A stretch of 64,000 nucleotides of DNA from Lachnospiraceae bacterium (GCA_045600845.1 JAZRYR010000026.1:1234-65233), one strand, 5' to 3'; shown: positions 47,292 to 57,705, counted from the first letter of the stretch. Notes: generated by a model from the sequence alone, not told the origin. Made by a program: numbers and translations.

Positions 47292-47339
47292 ATTAAAGAG
47301 AATAAATGCTCATCAATTAAAGAGAATAAACGCTCATCA
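47292..47339. repeat. 24-bp tandem duplication upstream of the orphan ORF
   Basis: ATTAAAGAGAATAAATGCTCATCA (47292-47315) and ATTAAAGAGAATAAACGCTCATCA (47316-47339) differ at one position. Confidence 0.85.
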
Positions 47340-47428
47340 GATAAAAAGTAATACGCATATTAATATGATAATATAATTATTTCATCTCAGCAAGCGTATA
47401 CATCTGAAAAAATCTCTTGTTATACACC

Positions 47429-47458
47429 ATAAAAGACCGCGATCTCACTCGCGGTCTT
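47429..47458 (-). terminator. Rho-independent terminator of recA
   Basis: A 10-bp stem, AAGACCGCGA (47433-47442) with TCGCGGTCTT (47449-47458), has a 6-nt loop. On the minus strand it is followed by TTTTAT. Confidence 0.8.
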
Positions 47459-47538
47459 TTCCGAATATTTCCTTAAACATCCAGGAATTTTTTAATAATT
47501 AGCGTCTTTTTTCTATTCACACATGGTCTGGTTTCTTA

Positions 47539-48612
47539 TTACTCCACATCCAGTTCCAAGTCATCCGGATTAATTTCTGCCATTTCTGCCTCTGCCATTT
47601 CTTCTTCCGTATAGGCATCTTCTCCCATACCAAGTTTCGCACGGACAATGGTTTCAATTTCATCAAAGGTTGATTTATTTGCTTTCAGGAATACTTTCGC
47701 ATTTTCACGTCCCTGACCAATCTTATCACCTTTATAGGAGTACCAGGCACCACTCTTTTCAATCACGCCTAATTCAACTGCCTGATCCAAAATGTCGCCA
47801 ACCGCAGAAATTCCTTCGCCAAAGATAATATCGAATTCCGCCTCTTTAAAAGGAGGAGCTACTTTATTTTTAACAACCTTTGCGCGGACTCTGTTACCGG
47901 TTACTTCGCCGGACTGCTTAATCGTTTCAATCTTACGGATATCGATACGAACCGATGCATAGAATTTCAAAGCACGACCACCCGTAGTTGTTTCTGAAGG
48001 ACCATAAAATACGCCGATTTTTTCTCTTAACTGATTAATGAAAATAATTGAGCAACCGGTCTTGCTGGTAACTGCAGTCAATTTACGAAGAGCCTGGCTC
48101 ATCAGACGGGCCTGGGCACCTACGGTAGCATCTCCCATTTCCCCTTCAATTTCGTGCTTTGGAACCAGCGCTGCTACGGAGTCAACAACGATAATATCGA
48201 TCGCTCCGGAACGAACCATGGTTTCACAGATTTCCAGTCCCTGCTCTCCATAGTCTGGCTGGGAAATATATAAATTATCAACATCAACGCCGATATCATG
48301 AGCATACTTCGGATCCAGCGCATGTTCTGCATCGATAAAACCGGCAATTCCTCCGTTCTTTTGTACCTCTGCAACAATATGCAGTGCTAAGGTAGTTTTA
48401 CCGGAAGATTCCGGACCGTAAATTTCTATAATCCGTCCACGAGGAATACCGCCAACACCAAGGGCTTTATCCAGGCTGATCGATCCGGTATGGATCACAT
48501 CTATATCAAGGGCAGTTTTATCGCCCAGTTTCATAACGGAGCCTTTGCCGTAATCTTTTTCTATTTTAGCAATAGCAGCATCTAATGCTTTCAGTTTTTC
48601 GTTATTGTCCAT
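47539..48612 (-). CDS. recA: Recombinase RecA
   Basis: The translation includes [23 protein letters not shown], the Walker A motif [19 protein letters not shown], and an acidic C-terminal tail. Confidence 0.97.
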   Translation of the reverse strand: MDNNEKLKALDAAIAKIEKDYGKGSVMKLGDKTALDIDVIHTGSISLDKALGVGGIPRGRIIEIYGPESSGKTTLALHIVAEVQKNGGIAGFIDAEHALDPKYAHDIGVDVDNLYISQPDYGEQGLEICETMVRSGAIDIIVVDSVAALVPKHEIEGEMGDATVGAQARLMSQALRKLTAVTSKTGCSIIFINQLREKIGVFYGPSETTTGGRALKFYASVRIDIRKIETIKQSGEVTGNRVRAKVVKNKVAPPFKEAEFDIIFGEGISAVGDILDQAVELGVIEKSGAWYSYKGDKIGQGRENAKVFLKANKSTFDEIETIVRAKLGMGEDAYTEEEMAEAEMAEINPDDLELDVE

Positions 48613-48635
48613 TTTGATCTCCTTCTTTTTAAAAA

Positions 48636-48649
48636 CGAACTTATGTTCG
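48636..48649. promoter_or_regulatory. Perfect LexA (Cheo) box upstream of recA
   Basis: CGAACTTATGTTCG is a perfect palindromic CGAAC-N4-GTTCG. It lies between the candidate -10 and the recA SD. Confidence 0.85.
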
Positions 48650-48654
48650 TATTA

Positions 48655-48683
48655 ATATTATATGATAAAAAACCATTTGTCAA
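48655..48683 (-). promoter_or_regulatory. Candidate sigma-A promoter of recA
   Basis: On the minus strand: TTGACA (complement of 48678-48683), a 17-nt spacer, then TAATAT (48655-48660). An alternative TATAAT is offset by 2 nt with a 15-nt spacer. Confidence 0.6.
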
Positions 48684-48812
48684 CTATATTTAGTAAAAAG
48701 GACACGGGCGGATACCGACCTTGTCCTCATCATAGCATATAAAAACTGTAAACATTATTAAGTATCTGTTAAATAAAAAACGTAACAAGAAACCAGCGAA
48801 AATCCTCGGTTT

Positions 48813-50030
48813 CTACAAGATTTTATTCATCAGTGTGAGGGCTTTTGCAACAACAGCCTCACGAATATCATTTCTGGAAAAAGGCAGATTCAGTTCTTGG
48901 ACAATGGTCTGGTCCTGATAAGCTACCGCGATATAAACAAGTCCCACATGCTCGCCATCTGGTCCTGCATAACCCGTAGTCGCAACACCCATATCACTTC
49001 CGGTAACTTTCGCAACGCCTGCCGCCATCAGAGAAGCGCATTCCTTACTTACTGCACTGTACTGCTCCAGGACTTCCAGCTCCACGCCCAATCTTTCATG
49101 CTTCGCCTCATCACAATAGGTAATAAAGCTTTCTTTTAATACCTCGCTGGCTCCGGCCACATTGATCAGCCTACCCGCCAGCAAGCCCCCGGTACAGGAC
49201 TCCGCACAAGATACGGTCTGATGCTTCTCCATCAGTTTTTTCACAACAACATCTTCTAAATCTTCATTCTCATCCGTGGTAAAAATATACTCACCCAATT
49301 CCTGTTCAATCTGTTCCAGAATCGGCTGAATCAGTTCCTGACAATTCTTCTCACTCTTCCCTTTTGCCGTAATCCGCAAATGAACCTGATTGGTTTTCGC
49401 ATAAGGTGCGACCGTCGGATTCACACTTTCCGCAATCAGTTTCTCAATCCGGGAAGCAGCTTCACTTTCTCCGATACCGGATAATTTCACCATGACAGAG
49501 GAAATCGTCTCTCCTTGGCGATGACGAAAATATGGAATCAGATATTCTTCAAACATCGGAATCAGTTCTTTGGGTGGTCCAGGAAGCAATATTGCGATTT
49601 TCTCATTTTTTTCGATTATGAGACCGGGTGCAGTACCATTATGATTATATAAAACTGTCGCTCCCTCCGGAATCATCGCCTGTTTATAATTATTCTCTGT
49701 AATTTTGCAATTCATGGCTTTCACTCGTTCGATTAAGTTCTCTTTCGCCTTTTCATCTACTACCAGATTCAGTCCCAAAGCCTCACAGACGATTTCTTTG
49801 GTAATATCATCCGGCGTCGGTCCTAAACCACCAGTAAAGAAAACCACTTCGGATCTGGAAAGAGCCTGAAAAACCACTTTCTTTAACCGTTCCGGATTAT
49901 CCCCTACAACCGTCTGGTAAAATAAAGAAAGGCCAAATTCTGCACATTTTTCAGACAGATATTTGGCATTTGTGTTTAAGATATTACCAAGAAGTAATTC
50001 GGTTCCAACGCATACAATCTCAGCATTCAT
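48813..50030 (-). CDS. cinA: Competence/damage-inducible protein CinA (MoCF-binding plus NMN deamidase-like domains)
   Basis: The translation includes MNAEIVCVGTELLLGNILNTNAKYLS, TGGLGPTPDDITKE, and the C-terminal CinA domain SCTGGLLA. It sits in the conserved pgsA-cinA-recA order. Confidence 0.9.
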   Translation of the reverse strand: MNAEIVCVGTELLLGNILNTNAKYLSEKCAEFGLSLFYQTVVGDNPERLKKVVFQALSRSEVVFFTGGLGPTPDDITKEIVCEALGLNLVVDEKAKENLIERVKAMNCKITENNYKQAMIPEGATVLYNHNGTAPGLIIEKNEKIAILLPGPPKELIPMFEEYLIPYFRHRQGETISSVMVKLSGIGESEAASRIEKLIAESVNPTVAPYAKTNQVHLRITAKGKSEKNCQELIQPILEQIEQELGEYIFTTDENEDLEDVVVKKLMEKHQTVSCAESCTGGLLAGRLINVAGASEVLKESFITYCDEAKHERLGVELEVLEQYSAVSKECASLMAAGVAKVTGSDMGVATTGYAGPDGEHVGLVYIAVAYQDQTIVQELNLPFSRNDIREAVVAKALTLMNKIL

Positions 50031-50602
50031 TATTTAATTTCAAATCCTTCCCTGTTTTTATAGAAGTAATCAAGCATGGAAATAATCGTAAGGGCTAAGG
50101 CAATGTACATTATAACAGAGGTTACAATGCTGTAAACATTCCATACCGTCATGCTCCAACCCTTCCGGATTACCAGACTCTCCATATCGAATGTCATAAG
50201 AATCAGCATACTCATCTGGAAAACAGTTTTAAACTTTCCCCAGTAACTAGCTGCAATAACCGTTCCTTTCGTCGCAACAACCTGACGAAATCCACTAATA
50301 GCAAATTCTCTTGCCAAAATAATAATACATACCCAGAAAGGCATTCTTCCCAAAGCAACAAAGCAGACCATCCCGGAAAGAACCAGTATTTTATCTGCCA
50401 ATGGATCTGCAAATTTACCAAAATCCGTTACCATATTATATTTTCTGGCAATTTTCCCATCTAAAGTATCCGTAATACAAGCAACGCAAAACAAGACCAA
50501 TGCTATATGACTACTAAAAGGGAAAAAATTGGTCATTAAAAAGAAAATATAAAACGGGATAAATACAAGACGTAAGATCGTCAGCTTATTTGGTAAATTC
50601 AT
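50030..50602 (-). CDS. pgsA: CDP-diacylglycerol--glycerol-3-phosphate 3-phosphatidyltransferase
   Basis: It has the CDP-alcohol phosphatidyltransferase motif DTLDGKIARK...GKFADPLADK and several TM helices. Confidence 0.9.
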   Translation of the reverse strand: MNLPNKLTILRLVFIPFYIFFLMTNFFPFSSHIALVLFCVACITDTLDGKIARKYNMVTDFGKFADPLADKILVLSGMVCFVALGRMPFWVCIIILAREFAISGFRQVVATKGTVIAASYWGKFKTVFQMSMLILMTFDMESLVIRKGWSMTVWNVYSIVTSVIMYIALALTIISMLDYFYKNREGFEIK

Positions 50603-51930
50603 AGTTTCTTAATTAATTCTCCATATAAATCATAATCACTACATTCTACAGCACGCGCCAGAACAAAATCTCCGCTCAATAATTCCATATCCGAATTCAG
50701 ATAAAAAAAACCGTCTACATCCGGGGCATCCATATAAGTACGTCCCACATAAACATTATCTTCAGAAAGTTTTCCTTCAATTAAGACAACAAAATCCTTA
50801 TCAATTCTTAACTGTAATATAGCAGAAGAAATCTGTTCCTGCAAACGCATAATTTCATCTCTTCTAAAATTTTTTATTTTCTCCGGAATTTGGCCTGTAA
50901 ATTCCGCTGCACGAGTGCCCTCCTCCTGAGAATAGGAAAAAACTCCCAGATGGTCAAACTTCACTTTCTTTACAAATTCCTTTAAGATTTCGTGGTCTTC
51001 TTCCGTTTCTCCCGGGAAACCGGAAATCAAGGACGTTCTCAAAGTGACTCCCGGGACGATTTTTCGTGCTCTGGCGATGGTATCTTCTATATCCGCCCTG
51101 CTGGTCTTTCTTCCCATTTTTTTCAAGATGGAATCGGAAGCATGCTGGATTGGCATATCAATATACTTACAGATTTTCGGTTCCTTTGCCATTACCTCTA
51201 AAAATTCGTCGGTAATATCTTCCGGATAGCAATACAGAACCCGGATCCATTCCAGACCATCAATCTCACATAATCTTGTCAATAATTCCGAAAGACGGTT
51301 TTCTCCATATAAGTCGGTTCCGTAAATCGAAGTTTCCTGAGCAACAACAATCAGTTCTTTCACGCCACTTTTCGCCAGAAATTCTGCTTCCGCTACTAAT
51401 TTATCAAACGGGTAGCTTTTATAACGGCCTCGGATATGGGGGATAATGCAATAAGAACAAAACTTATTACATCCCTCTGCAATTTTTAAGAACTCATAAT
51501 AGCCACCGGTAGTAATCAGACGATTATCCGGTTTTTTTATTTTTTCTTTATAATCTACAAACGAGTTAATACTAGAATCCAGTCTGCAGGCCTCTACGAT
51601 ATCGGAAAGATCCGTCGTTCCGATATAAGCATCCACTTCCGGCATTTCTTTTAATAATTCTTCTTTATAACGTTCTGAAAGGCAGCCGGCAACCACCAGC
51701 TTTTTGCACTTACCTTCTTCTTTCATCGCTGCCATTTCCAAAATGGTCTCGATGGATTCCGTTTTCGCATCATCGATAAAACAGCAGGTGTTGACCACAA
51801 TGACATCTGCTTCATATTCATCATCAGTAAAAGAAAAGCCGGCGGCCTCAAGCAGCCCCAGCATTTCTTCAGAATCTACTCTGTTTTTATCACAGCCAAG
51901 TGATATCCAAAATAACTTATTCTTTATCAT
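50599..51930 (-). CDS. rimO: Ribosomal protein S12 methylthiotransferase RimO
   Basis: It has SLGCDKN, the radical SAM motif CNKFCSYC, and a TRAM C-terminus. I chose the ATG at 51930; the ORF track TTG at 51939 is further upstream. Confidence 0.9.
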   Translation of the reverse strand: MIKNKLFWISLGCDKNRVDSEEMLGLLEAAGFSFTDDEYEADVIVVNTCCFIDDAKTESIETILEMAAMKEEGKCKKLVVAGCLSERYKEELLKEMPEVDAYIGTTDLSDIVEACRLDSSINSFVDYKEKIKKPDNRLITTGGYYEFLKIAEGCNKFCSYCIIPHIRGRYKSYPFDKLVAEAEFLAKSGVKELIVVAQETSIYGTDLYGENRLSELLTRLCEIDGLEWIRVLYCYPEDITDEFLEVMAKEPKICKYIDMPIQHASDSILKKMGRKTSRADIEDTIARARKIVPGVTLRTSLISGFPGETEEDHEILKEFVKKVKFDHLGVFSYSQEEGTRAAEFTGQIPEKIKNFRRDEIMRLQEQISSAILQLRIDKDFVVLIEGKLSEDNVYVGRTYMDAPDVDGFFYLNSDMELLSGDFVLARAVECSDYDLYGELIKKL

Positions 51931-52159
51931 CACTACCAATAATTCTTACTTTCTGTGAATAGATTTCATCAATAGCCGTAGATAAAGGCTTTGTAGAAGG
52001 ATTTTCTACCAGAGCTGATTCTCCGTCAACTAACTGACGAGCCCTTTTGGAAGCAGCCATAACGATGGAATATCTGCTCTGTACCACAGGCTGTTCGCCA
52101 TTTTCTACTTCACTATTAACCGCGTCCATTAAATCCGTATAGGATGGATGTAACATCAT
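51917..52159 (-). CDS. rpoZ: DNA-directed RNA polymerase subunit omega
   Basis: At 80 aa it contains SRYSIVMAASKRARQL. Its start overlaps the gmk stop (ATGA), in the conserved gmk-rpoZ order. Confidence 0.85.
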   Translation of the reverse strand: MMLHPSYTDLMDAVNSEVENGEQPVVQSRYSIVMAASKRARQLVDGESALVENPSTKPLSTAIDEIYSQKVRIIGSDDKE

Positions 52160-52731
52160 ATCAAATCACCTTTTTCCTTTTCACGAGATACTATATTATG
52201 CAACATCTCAACAGATTTTTCAATATCTTCATTAACAATCACATAATCATATCTGTTGACAAAGTCCATTTCTTCCTCGGCCCGTTTCATTCGTTTCTCG
52301 ATTTCCTCTTCCGTTTCCGTGCCACGTTTTAACAATCTGTTTTTTAACTCTTCCATATTAGGAGGGAGAATAAAAATCGTAATTGCTTCCGGAATCTTAT
52401 CTTTTACCTGAAAAGCACCCTGAAGTTCAATTTCCAGAATAATATCTCTTTCCTGAAGCAACTGATTCTCTACCCAATCCTTTGGCGTTCCATAATAATT
52501 ACCAACATACTGCGCATGTTCCAAAAACAAACCTTTTTTCAGACGATCTTCAAATTCCTCTTTGGAAATAAAGAAATATTCTTTTCCATTGGTCTCACCA
52601 GCTCTAGGCTTTCTGCTGGTAGCAGAAATCGACAAGACATACTGCGGATATTTTTCCATCAACCGATTGCAGATGGTGCCTTTTCCCGCTCCCGATAAAC
52701 CGGAGACAATCAGTAAAATTCCCTTTTTCAT
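52156..52731 (-). CDS. gmk: Guanylate kinase
   Basis: The translation includes GLSGAGKGT, SATSRKPRAGE..G.EYFF and the YDYVIVND-type C-terminus (YDYVIVNED). Confidence 0.93.
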   Translation of the reverse strand: MKKGILLIVSGLSGAGKGTICNRLMEKYPQYVLSISATSRKPRAGETNGKEYFFISKEEFEDRLKKGLFLEHAQYVGNYYGTPKDWVENQLLQERDIILEIELQGAFQVKDKIPEAITIFILPPNMEELKNRLLKRGTETEEEIEKRMKRAEEEMDFVNRYDYVIVNEDIEKSVEMLHNIVSREKEKGDLI

Positions 52732-52742
52732 TTTTGCTCCTG

Positions 52743-53621
52743 TTATTCAATATTCTGAACCTGTTCACGAATTTTTTCGATGCAGGTTTTCAATTCGATT
52801 CCAATATTGGTAATTTCAATATCATTAGATTTGGAAAGAATCGTATTGGATTCACGGTTCATTTCCTGTGCAAGAAAGTCAAGATTTCTACCGGTTTCTC
52901 CACCTTTTTCCAGAATATCCCTCATATTATTGATATGGGTAGCCAAGCGAACCAGTTCTTCATCCACAGCAATTTTATCAGCAAACAAAGTAACTTCTGC
53001 AGCAATACGACCTTCATCCATCTGGCTGTTTTCCAGGAAATCTTTTACCCGTTCTTCCAGCTTCGCTTTATAATCCGTAATGATCTGTGGCAGACGGCTC
53101 TCAATAAATTTCACATGAGAACTCATTTCATCCAGCTTCATGAAAATATTGTTTTTTAAAGCTTCGCCTTCTTTTTCTCTGGCCTCTTTGAACATGGAAA
53201 AAGCATTGCGTAATACTTTTTCCAGAAAAGCCCACATTTCTTCTTCATTAATCTCTTGCTCTTCTAAAACAAGAACATCCGGACATTTGGCAATGGTGGA
53301 AGAATGGATTTCATCATTAATTCCCAAGTCTTCCTGAATCTGACGGTAATAATCGAAATATTCTTTTGCCAGTACGGCATTGTATTTCAGACAGGATCCG
53401 TTTTCTGTCTGGTTCTCATAGGAAATATACAGGTCCACTTTTCCACGGACTGCATATTCTTTTAAAATGTTACGGATATTCGCCTCAAAAACATTGAATT
53501 TTCTAGGCATTTTGATATTCAGATCCAGATATTTATGGTTCACGGATTTTAATTCCACCGTAACCTTTTTATCCGGTTCCACCTGCTCGGCTCTTCCAAA
53601 GCCCGTCATACTGTAAATCAT
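52743..53621 (-). CDS. yicC: YicC/YloC-family endoribonuclease
   Basis: It has MTGFGRAE, SVNHKYLD and the C-terminal motif NRESNTILSKS...KTCIEKIREQVQNIE. Confidence 0.85.
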   Translation of the reverse strand: MIYSMTGFGRAEQVEPDKKVTVELKSVNHKYLDLNIKMPRKFNVFEANIRNILKEYAVRGKVDLYISYENQTENGSCLKYNAVLAKEYFDYYRQIQEDLGINDEIHSSTIAKCPDVLVLEEQEINEEEMWAFLEKVLRNAFSMFKEAREKEGEALKNNIFMKLDEMSSHVKFIESRLPQIITDYKAKLEERVKDFLENSQMDEGRIAAEVTLFADKIAVDEELVRLATHINNMRDILEKGGETGRNLDFLAQEMNRESNTILSKSNDIEITNIGIELKTCIEKIREQVQNIE

Positions 53622-53692
53622 TTTATTTTGTCCTTTAAAAATATATTTATATATTTTGCCTCCTCTTATTCAGGAATCCGGCAAATACATAT

Positions 53693-55156
53693 CTAATAAA
53701 AATAATAATTAAAAATGTAATGAGAAAAATCTACAGCCTTTTCTTCCGTAAGGCTGGTGTCTTCTAAATTGAGACAGATTACCAGCTTTTCACCATCTTT
53801 TTCAGCATATCCAACGAACCAGGACATGTCAACATTTAAATTCTTATTGCTTAAAGTCTCAGCGGTACCGGTTTTTCCATAAGCCGTATAGTCTTCCCAG
53901 GCCAGACATTGCGCAGTTCCATCAGTAACTACAGAGCGTAGATATTCCTGAAGTTTCACATTTTCACCAGCTTCAAAAAGAGACAGGTAAACCTTATCTT
54001 TAAAGTTTTTAATGGTCGCCCCGGAAGGGCTGGTGACTTTCGTTACCAGATGAGGCTTCATAAGCACTCCATCATTGGCAATGGCACTCATGATCAAGGA
54101 CAGATGAAGGGGATTTGTCTGCGTTTTTCCCTGACCAAAAGCAGTCTGCATGATCATGAATTCTGAATCATCTTTCGTCAGCTGAAATGCTGCTTTATTG
54201 TATGCAATATCGATATCGATATTGGAATTAAACAGTAATTTGGAATTATTGGCATAAAACCGATCCAGATCCAGTTGTGTGCCGATGGTTGCAAATGCAC
54301 AGTTGCAGGAGTTTGCAAAAGCCTCCTCTAAATTCTGCAAGCCGTGCTCCGTATAATCATGACATGCGATGGAATAATCGTCTTTTTCTAACGTACTGGT
54401 GCAATTATATTCAAAATTGTTATATTCCGGATTTTCCCTCATATATTCCAATAAAGTAAATATTTTAAAGGTGGAACCCGGAGTATACTGCCCTTGAGTT
54501 ACTCTGTTTACCAGAGGGCTGTTTTCTTCATCTGCAATAATATCTTCCCAGTTTTCTTCAATATAATTCGGATCAAAGTCGTCTTTGGAAACCATGGCTT
54601 TAATCTGTCCATTGGTCGGGTTCAGACAGATTGCGGAAGCTTTCAGTCCATCCAGAAGGTCGGAAATATATAACTGAAGGTCCTTATCCAAAGTCGTATA
54701 CATGTCATCTCCCGGATTCTTTTCCCCCTTGAATTCATTGGAAATCTTATCCAGCATATTCGTATGGGAAGTAAGGAGATAGTAATTATAAGAAGACTCT
54801 AATCCTAAACCGCCGTTGGCTTCAAAGCCGACGACATGGGCAAAGGCTCTTCCAAAGGGATAGATTCGGACTTCTTCGCCATCTTCCCTCTCACTGTAGG
54901 CCAATGCCGTGCCATCACTGCTGAAGATTGTGCCGCGTTCTACCGTTTTTTTAAAACTATCGGACCGTTTGTTATATCGATTATTAATAACAGAGGACGC
55001 ATCAAAAGTTAAAAATATGCAGATGTAAACAATCAGTGCCAGCGCAAGAACTGCAAAGAAAATGGACACTTTAAGTATATCCTGGTTAATGATACGGCCA
55101 CGATTAATCTTTTTTCTGGTCTTATTCAGTTTTTTCCGTTCTCTGTCACTATTCAT
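53693..55156 (-). CDS. Class B penicillin-binding protein (PBP2/FtsI-type transpeptidase)
   Basis: An N-terminal TM is followed by the SxxK motif (GSTFK), SxN (NSCN) and KTG (GKTGTAE). Its start is coupled to the upstream SEDS gene. Confidence 0.85.
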   Translation of the reverse strand: MNSDRERKKLNKTRKKINRGRIINQDILKVSIFFAVLALALIVYICIFLTFDASSVINNRYNKRSDSFKKTVERGTIFSSDGTALAYSEREDGEEVRIYPFGRAFAHVVGFEANGGLGLESSYNYYLLTSHTNMLDKISNEFKGEKNPGDDMYTTLDKDLQLYISDLLDGLKASAICLNPTNGQIKAMVSKDDFDPNYIEENWEDIIADEENSPLVNRVTQGQYTPGSTFKIFTLLEYMRENPEYNNFEYNCTSTLEKDDYSIACHDYTEHGLQNLEEAFANSCNCAFATIGTQLDLDRFYANNSKLLFNSNIDIDIAYNKAAFQLTKDDSEFMIMQTAFGQGKTQTNPLHLSLIMSAIANDGVLMKPHLVTKVTSPSGATIKNFKDKVYLSLFEAGENVKLQEYLRSVVTDGTAQCLAWEDYTAYGKTGTAETLSNKNLNVDMSWFVGYAEKDGEKLVICLNLEDTSLTEEKAVDFSHYIFNYYFY

Positions 55157-56700
55157 TAAAAATCATCCGGATCAATTTGTATGATTTTCTCTTCCTCCGG
55201 TTCCACTTTCTGAATCCGTCTGGTATCTACATTTACTTTTATTATTTTATCATTTGGAAGGTTTTCGGATTCTATTCTTGGTTTCCGGATTTCGTCAGCA
55301 CTATTCTTTTTGTAACTTTGGTAGCCTTCAAAATCAGAAATATCGGCTCCATCTGCAATCATTTCCCTCTCTCGTTCCACATCTGCTTCCGAAATAACAT
55401 AAAGAGCCTGAACAATTCCAATGAATACCATAGATGCCAGAAGGGAACTTCCTCCACTGGAAATAAACGGCAGGTTCACACCCGTAAGGGGAATGAATTT
55501 GATTGCACCACCAATAGTTAAAAAAACCTGAACCGCATAAGCAGCGCCCAAGCCAAAAGCCATCAGTTTGTAGAACAGATTGTTCACTCTTATGGCAACT
55601 CTCATGATCATCAGAATAAAACACAAGGTCAGCATGATCAGAAGAATAGCAAAAATGGCACCGAATTCCTCGGATATCGCAGAAAAAACCATATCATTGG
55701 AAACTTCCGGTATGTACCGAGGAGAACCCCGGAAAATTCCGGACCCAAACCAGCCACCCGTTCCGATGGCGAATAAGGACTGGGCAATCTGATATCCCTT
55801 ATCATCTATATAATCCCAAGGATTCATCCAGATAAGAACTCTTGTCTGGACATGATTGAATAATTTATAAGCAACGACTGCAGCTATGGAAAATCCTACC
55901 GCACCAATACCCAAATAAATGAGTTTCTTCGTTGCGACATAAATCATCAAAATATAGATGATGCTTAAAATCAATGCAGAACCTAAATCCCGGCAGAATA
56001 CAACGATCATTACATGAATTGCTGCACATATAGCAGTAATTACAACTGTTTTAAAACTGTTCGAGTGATAAAATGCCGATGCGACGAACATAACAAATAA
56101 GATTTTAACAAATTCCATTGGTTGGAAAGAGAAAAAGCCCAAATCCAAGGCCAATTTAGCACCTTTTGTTACGGTCGCCAGAATCAGAACCAGAAGTAAT
56201 AGGACCATACCCGCTGCCGCATAAATCCATGTTAAATTTCTCAGGAATTTCGCCCTTTTACATAAAAACACGAATACCAGAAACACTGCTGTTCCAAACA
56301 AAAGAATGAAGAACTGGCGAACAGCGCTGTCAAAATCCAGACGGGTCTGGATAATAAAACCGATTGCCAGGAACATACACATAACATTGTTCATCCCTTT
56401 GCTTAAGGAAACAAATTTCGGTACTACGCAAGACAAAAGAACCAGATAAACTAACTGGCCGCAATAAAGTCCGATCGTCTTGGGAATGGTTAAAGAAATA
56501 TCCGAATTCAACGTAATGTTGATACAGATACAAAGAAACGCCAATCCATGGATCAGCAGAATAAAAATTCGTTGTAAAACAAAGGATGCCTTCTTTTTTT
56601 CATCCGGAACATCCCTTTGCGCCCGGAAGGAAATATATACAAAGTACGCAAAAAAAATAATAATCAGATATTTAGCACTTGTAAGAATTATTTCTGTCAT
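55156..56700 (-). CDS. FtsW/RodA/SpoVE (SEDS) family peptidoglycan polymerase with an acidic C-terminal extension of about 90 aa
   Basis: It has about 10 TM segments. Conserved SEDS segments are FQPMEFVKI and GVNLPFISSGGSS. The C-terminal tail is rich in E, D and K. Confidence 0.85.
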   Translation of the reverse strand: MTEIILTSAKYLIIIFFAYFVYISFRAQRDVPDEKKKASFVLQRIFILLIHGLAFLCICINITLNSDISLTIPKTIGLYCGQLVYLVLLSCVVPKFVSLSKGMNNVMCMFLAIGFIIQTRLDFDSAVRQFFILLFGTAVFLVFVFLCKRAKFLRNLTWIYAAAGMVLLLLVLILATVTKGAKLALDLGFFSFQPMEFVKILFVMFVASAFYHSNSFKTVVITAICAAIHVMIVVFCRDLGSALILSIIYILMIYVATKKLIYLGIGAVGFSIAAVVAYKLFNHVQTRVLIWMNPWDYIDDKGYQIAQSLFAIGTGGWFGSGIFRGSPRYIPEVSNDMVFSAISEEFGAIFAILLIMLTLCFILMIMRVAIRVNNLFYKLMAFGLGAAYAVQVFLTIGGAIKFIPLTGVNLPFISSGGSSLLASMVFIGIVQALYVISEADVEREREMIADGADISDFEGYQSYKKNSADEIRKPRIESENLPNDKIIKVNVDTRRIQKVEPEEEKIIQIDPDDF

Positions 56701-56703
56701 TAA

Positions 56704-57705
56704 TTATTTTTCTATTTTTGTGTAACCCAGGTGTTTATAAGCAGAATCTGTCACCTGTCTTCCACGAGGGGTTCTATTAATAAATCCACATTTCACCAGA
56801 AACGGTTCGTAGACATCTTCTATGGTTCCGGCATCTTCTCCGATTGCCGCTGCCAAAGTATCCAGTCCCACCGGTCCCCCGTTAAACTTGGTAATCATAG
56901 TCTTTAATATTGACCGATCTGTGAAATCAAGTCCTTTCGTATCAATGTCTAAAAGGGACAGCGCATCATCCACGATCTGTTTCGTAATATTCCCGTCCGC
57001 CTTTACCTGGGCATAATCACGAACTCTTCGCAAAATCCGATTGGCAATACGCGGAGTACCTCTGGAGCAATTACCGATTTCCAGAGCTCCGGATTCATCG
57101 ATATTATTTATATTCAGTTTCCGTGCCGAATTAATAACAATCTGAGCCAGTTCTTCCGGTTCATAATATTCCATACGGTGGATAATGCCGAAACGGTCAC
57201 GTAACGGTGCGGAAAGGAGACCGGCTCTGGTAGTTGCTCCGATCAACGTGAAGCGATCTAAATTAATTCTTCGGATCGTAGTCTGCTCTCCGTTTTCTAT
57301 TACAGCATCAAAGGCAAAGTCTTCCATGACAGAATACAAAGCTTCTTCCACAGGCTTGCTTAATCGATGAATTTCATCTACAAATAAAACTCCTCCCTTT
57401 GGAAGCTGTTTTACGATAGCAAGAATTTCTCCCGGATATTCAATCGCAGGTCCGGCTACAATTTTCATGCTTCTTCCCATTTCATTGGCAATAATTCCTG
57501 CCAGGGTAGTTTTTCCAAGACCCGGAGGGCCATAAAGCAGTACATGGTCGATAGGCTCGTTTCGTTCATTGGCCGCCTGAATATAAATCCTTAAATTGTT
57601 CTTGATTTTTTCCTGACCAATATAAGAATCAAAATTCTGCGGTCTTAAATTATTTTCGACCTCTTTTTCTTCCGTTATCAGATTGGTATTAATCGTATTT
57701 CCCAT
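56704..57705 (-). CDS. ruvB: Holliday junction branch migration helicase RuvB
   Basis: The translation includes LRPQNFDSYIGQEK, GPPGLGKTT, LFVDEIHRL and GATTRAGLLSAPLRDRFG. Confidence 0.95.
   Translation of the reverse strand: MGNTINTNLITEEKEVENNLRPQNFDSYIGQEKIKNNLRIYIQAANERNEPIDHVLLYGPPGLGKTTLAGIIANEMGRSMKIVAGPAIEYPGEILAIVKQLPKGGVLFVDEIHRLSKPVEEALYSVMEDFAFDAVIENGEQTTIRRINLDRFTLIGATTRAGLLSAPLRDRFGIIHRMEYYEPEELAQIVINSARKLNINNIDESGALEIGNCSRGTPRIANRILRRVRDYAQVKADGNITKQIVDDALSLLDIDTKGLDFTDRSILKTMITKFNGGPVGLDTLAAAIGEDAGTIEDVYEPFLVKCGFINRTPRGRQVTDSAYKHLGYTKIEK

Noticed and set aside
48690-48812. A terminator for cinA upstream of the recA promoter (GAAACC..GGTTTC near 48780-48805; AGGACA..TGTCCT near 48700-48730)
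   Set aside because: Both have 6-bp stems with large loops and only moderate U-tracts. cinA-recA read-through is common, so I did not list either as a feature.
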